A stretch of 9,760 nt of DNA from Octopus sinensis (taxonomy: Eukaryota). A program made the position numbers and the translations under genes. The notes under the pieces are model-generated. The model made no database searches, was not told where the DNA came from, and worked only from the letters and a program-made list of their open reading frames with translations. Numbering within the stretch: position 1 is the stretch's first letter; every line of letters begins with the position of its first letter. The stretch lies in assembly GCF_006345805.1 (NCBI RefSeq), contig NW_021827843.1:1-9760 (forward strand), in the 5' to 3' direction. Below, one piece after another: positions 7,965 through 9,760 of the stretch.

Positions 7965-8105
7965 TCACTTAGCGGTTCGGCAAAAAGAGACCGATAGAAT
8001 AAGTACTGGGCTTACAAAAGAATAAGTCCCAGGGTCGATTTGCTCGACTAAAGGCGGTGCTCCAGCATGGCCACAGTCAAATGACTGAAACAAGTAAAAG
8101 AGAAT
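7965..8105 (+). mobile_element. 5'-truncated SINE (3' portion)
   Basis: TCACTTAGCGGTTCGGCAAAAAGAGACCGATAGAATAAGTACT...GGCGGTGCTCCAGCATGGCCACAGTCAAATGACTGAAACAAGTAAAAGAG matches an abundant octopus interspersed repeat as I recall it; not database-verified. Confidence 0.72.
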
Positions 8106-8796
8106 GTCCTATCAGTAACAAACTTGATGGAGTGCAGTGTGTTCAGGAAAAAAATGGGATTGCGGATTTATCTTTTTCTGAAATCGAAACAGCCTTCATC
8201 CTGCAGCCTTACTCGAGTAAAAGGTCTCCGGATTGATATTCATTGAGATTAGGCTAATTGTTCGATTGGCATCGTTTAAGTTCTATAAACTTACTAAGAG
8301 CAAGGGGTATTGTAGTCTTCGTAGAAATCATCTGTTCATTGGATTAACGAAGGAATCGCTCGGATCATCAATGCATATATTGACGCTAGCTAACTTTGAA
8401 ATAGGCAAAAACAGGCAAAATACACAGCTCAGAATCGAGAACTCTGTGTGAAAAAGAAATTTATCATCAATTCCGCGAGGCATTGAGAAATGTATAGAAC
8501 TGATTGTAGTTGACCCGCGTGTTTCTTTATTTGAAGTATTCGGAAAGGGAAATGCACTTCTTCCATTTTTTTTAGTCTAATCTTTAGTTTTCCCCCACCA
8601 AAGTTCATCTCACAATTCACAAACACCACACTGTTCCCCCAATATTTGCTATATCATCTCCTCTATAGCTTAAGAATTTCAAGAATTACCTTTTAATTCA
8701 ATTTTTTGTTTCAAATAAAATATTTTTAGTTGCTTCTTCTTACTCCTCTTCCCTTTACTTACCATTTTCCTGTTTCTGATCGCTTTGAATGCCACC

Positions 8797-8815
8797 CTCT
8801 CTCTCTCTCTCTCTC
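8797..8815. repeat. (CT)n microsatellite
   Basis: Direct reading. Confidence 0.9.
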
Positions 8816-8914
8816 CCCTCTAATCATGTTTGTAACATTGACCCCTAAACCTAATCAGACCCCTTTCAAATTTAAACTCGTCTACTTCGTAGTCATTGCA
8901 GCCTTTCACACCAC

Positions 8915-9075
8915 ATCTCTCTTTTTCTCTTCTTTTCTCTTGTCTTGCCTTCTCTTCTCCTCTCTCTATCTCTCTCTCCATCTCTCTCTTTTCTCCCTCT
9001 CGCCCTCACCTCCTCTCTCTGTGACCCCACTTTCTCTCCTCGCAGTTTTCTCTACATCATTCTTCCAATTCCTTT
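8915..9075. repeat. CT-rich polypyrimidine low-complexity tract
   Basis: Direct reading; accounts for the spurious L/S/F-rich ORF 8730-9155. Confidence 0.85.
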
Positions 9076-9081
9076 CATTAC

Positions 9082-9254
9082 GGCAGCGAGCTGGCATAAT
9101 CGTTAACATACCGGACGAAATTCTTCGCGGCATTTCTTCTGTCTTTCCGTTCTGAGTTCAAATTCTGCTGAGTACCAGGTGCGTACTGGGGTCGATCTAA
9201 TCGACTGGCCCCCTCCCCATAAATTTCAGACCTTGGGCCTAGAGTAGAAAAGAA
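9082..9254 (+). mobile_element. tRNA-derived SINE, copy 1 (internal 41-bp deletion)
   Basis: Aligns to 9269-9472. A-box-like TGGCATAATCG, B-box-like GAGTTCAAATTC and tail CCTAGAGTAGAAAAGA. Confidence 0.88.
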
Positions 9255-9268
9255 CATTTGTAGATAAA

Positions 9269-9472
9269 GGCGGCGAGCTGGCAGAAACGTTAGCACCCCG
9301 GGCGAAATACTTAGCGGTATTTCGTCTGAGTTCAAATTCCGCCGAGGTCGACTTTGCCTTTCATCCTTTCAGGGTCGATAAATTAAGTACCAGTTGCGTA
9401 CTGGAGTCGATCTAATCGACTGGGCCCCCTCCCCCCAAAACCTCGGGCCTTGTGACTAGAGTAGAAAAGATT
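9269..9472 (+). mobile_element. tRNA-derived SINE, copy 2 (internal 13-bp deletion)
   Basis: Direct-repeat partner of 9082-9254. B-box-like GAGTTCAAATTCC and an 8-bp stem CGAAATAC/GTATTTCG between the boxes. Confidence 0.88.
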
Positions 9473-9760
9473 CAACAATTATTACAACAATTTTCTTTCT
9501 TTCTTTCCAGCTAACTAATCTACTTCTTTATTATCCCCTACTGACACCGCTAATAGTTAGGGATAAAGACTATAACTAAGTTTCCTCGGATTTTATCCAG
9601 CGGCCCTCATTGAACAGATCCATAAACGAAAGCAGTCCAACCATGAAATTCCAGTCTTTTTCTCGCTCATTACTACAGGACTCCATTATCCAACAAAAGT
9701 AAGGTGTATATTTGGGCGGGATTTGATTTACTATAACTAACAGGTCATAAAATTAAGAGG

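Noticed and set aside
8730-9155. 141-aa ORF
   Set aside because: Produced by CT-rich low complexity running into a SINE head.
9558-9579. Partial resemblance to I-SceI (TAGGGATAA) and I-CeuI (ACTATAAC) sites
   Set aside because: Only 8-9 bp of much longer recognition sites; expected by chance in AT-rich DNA.
9490-9704. Splice acceptor-like TTTCCAG (9510) and donor-like GTAAGG (~9699) as an exon
   Set aside because: All three frames hit stops shortly after 9511. A non-coding exon cannot be supported without RNA data.

Overview
Gene-free, AT-rich, repeat-saturated eukaryotic DNA. The SINE families look like those I recall from octopus/cephalopod genomes, but that is an inference. No intact host gene is supported. 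The window holds compound (TA)n/(GATA)n microsatellites, two 5'-truncated L1/Tx1-clade LINE fragments, two different Penelope-like element (PLE) remnants on the minus strand and several tRNA-derived SINEs. One PLE has a readable CxC-linker/GIY-YIG end; the other is a heavily decayed RT. The most notable structure is a ~486-bp near-perfect palindrome (261-746) with an essentially loop-less GC-rich centre. Each arm carries a complete minimal type I hammerhead ribozyme, so there is one on each strand, both pointing outward. A third, non-canonical hammerhead-like motif (CCGACGA core) lies downstream of the GIY-YIG ORF on the same strand.
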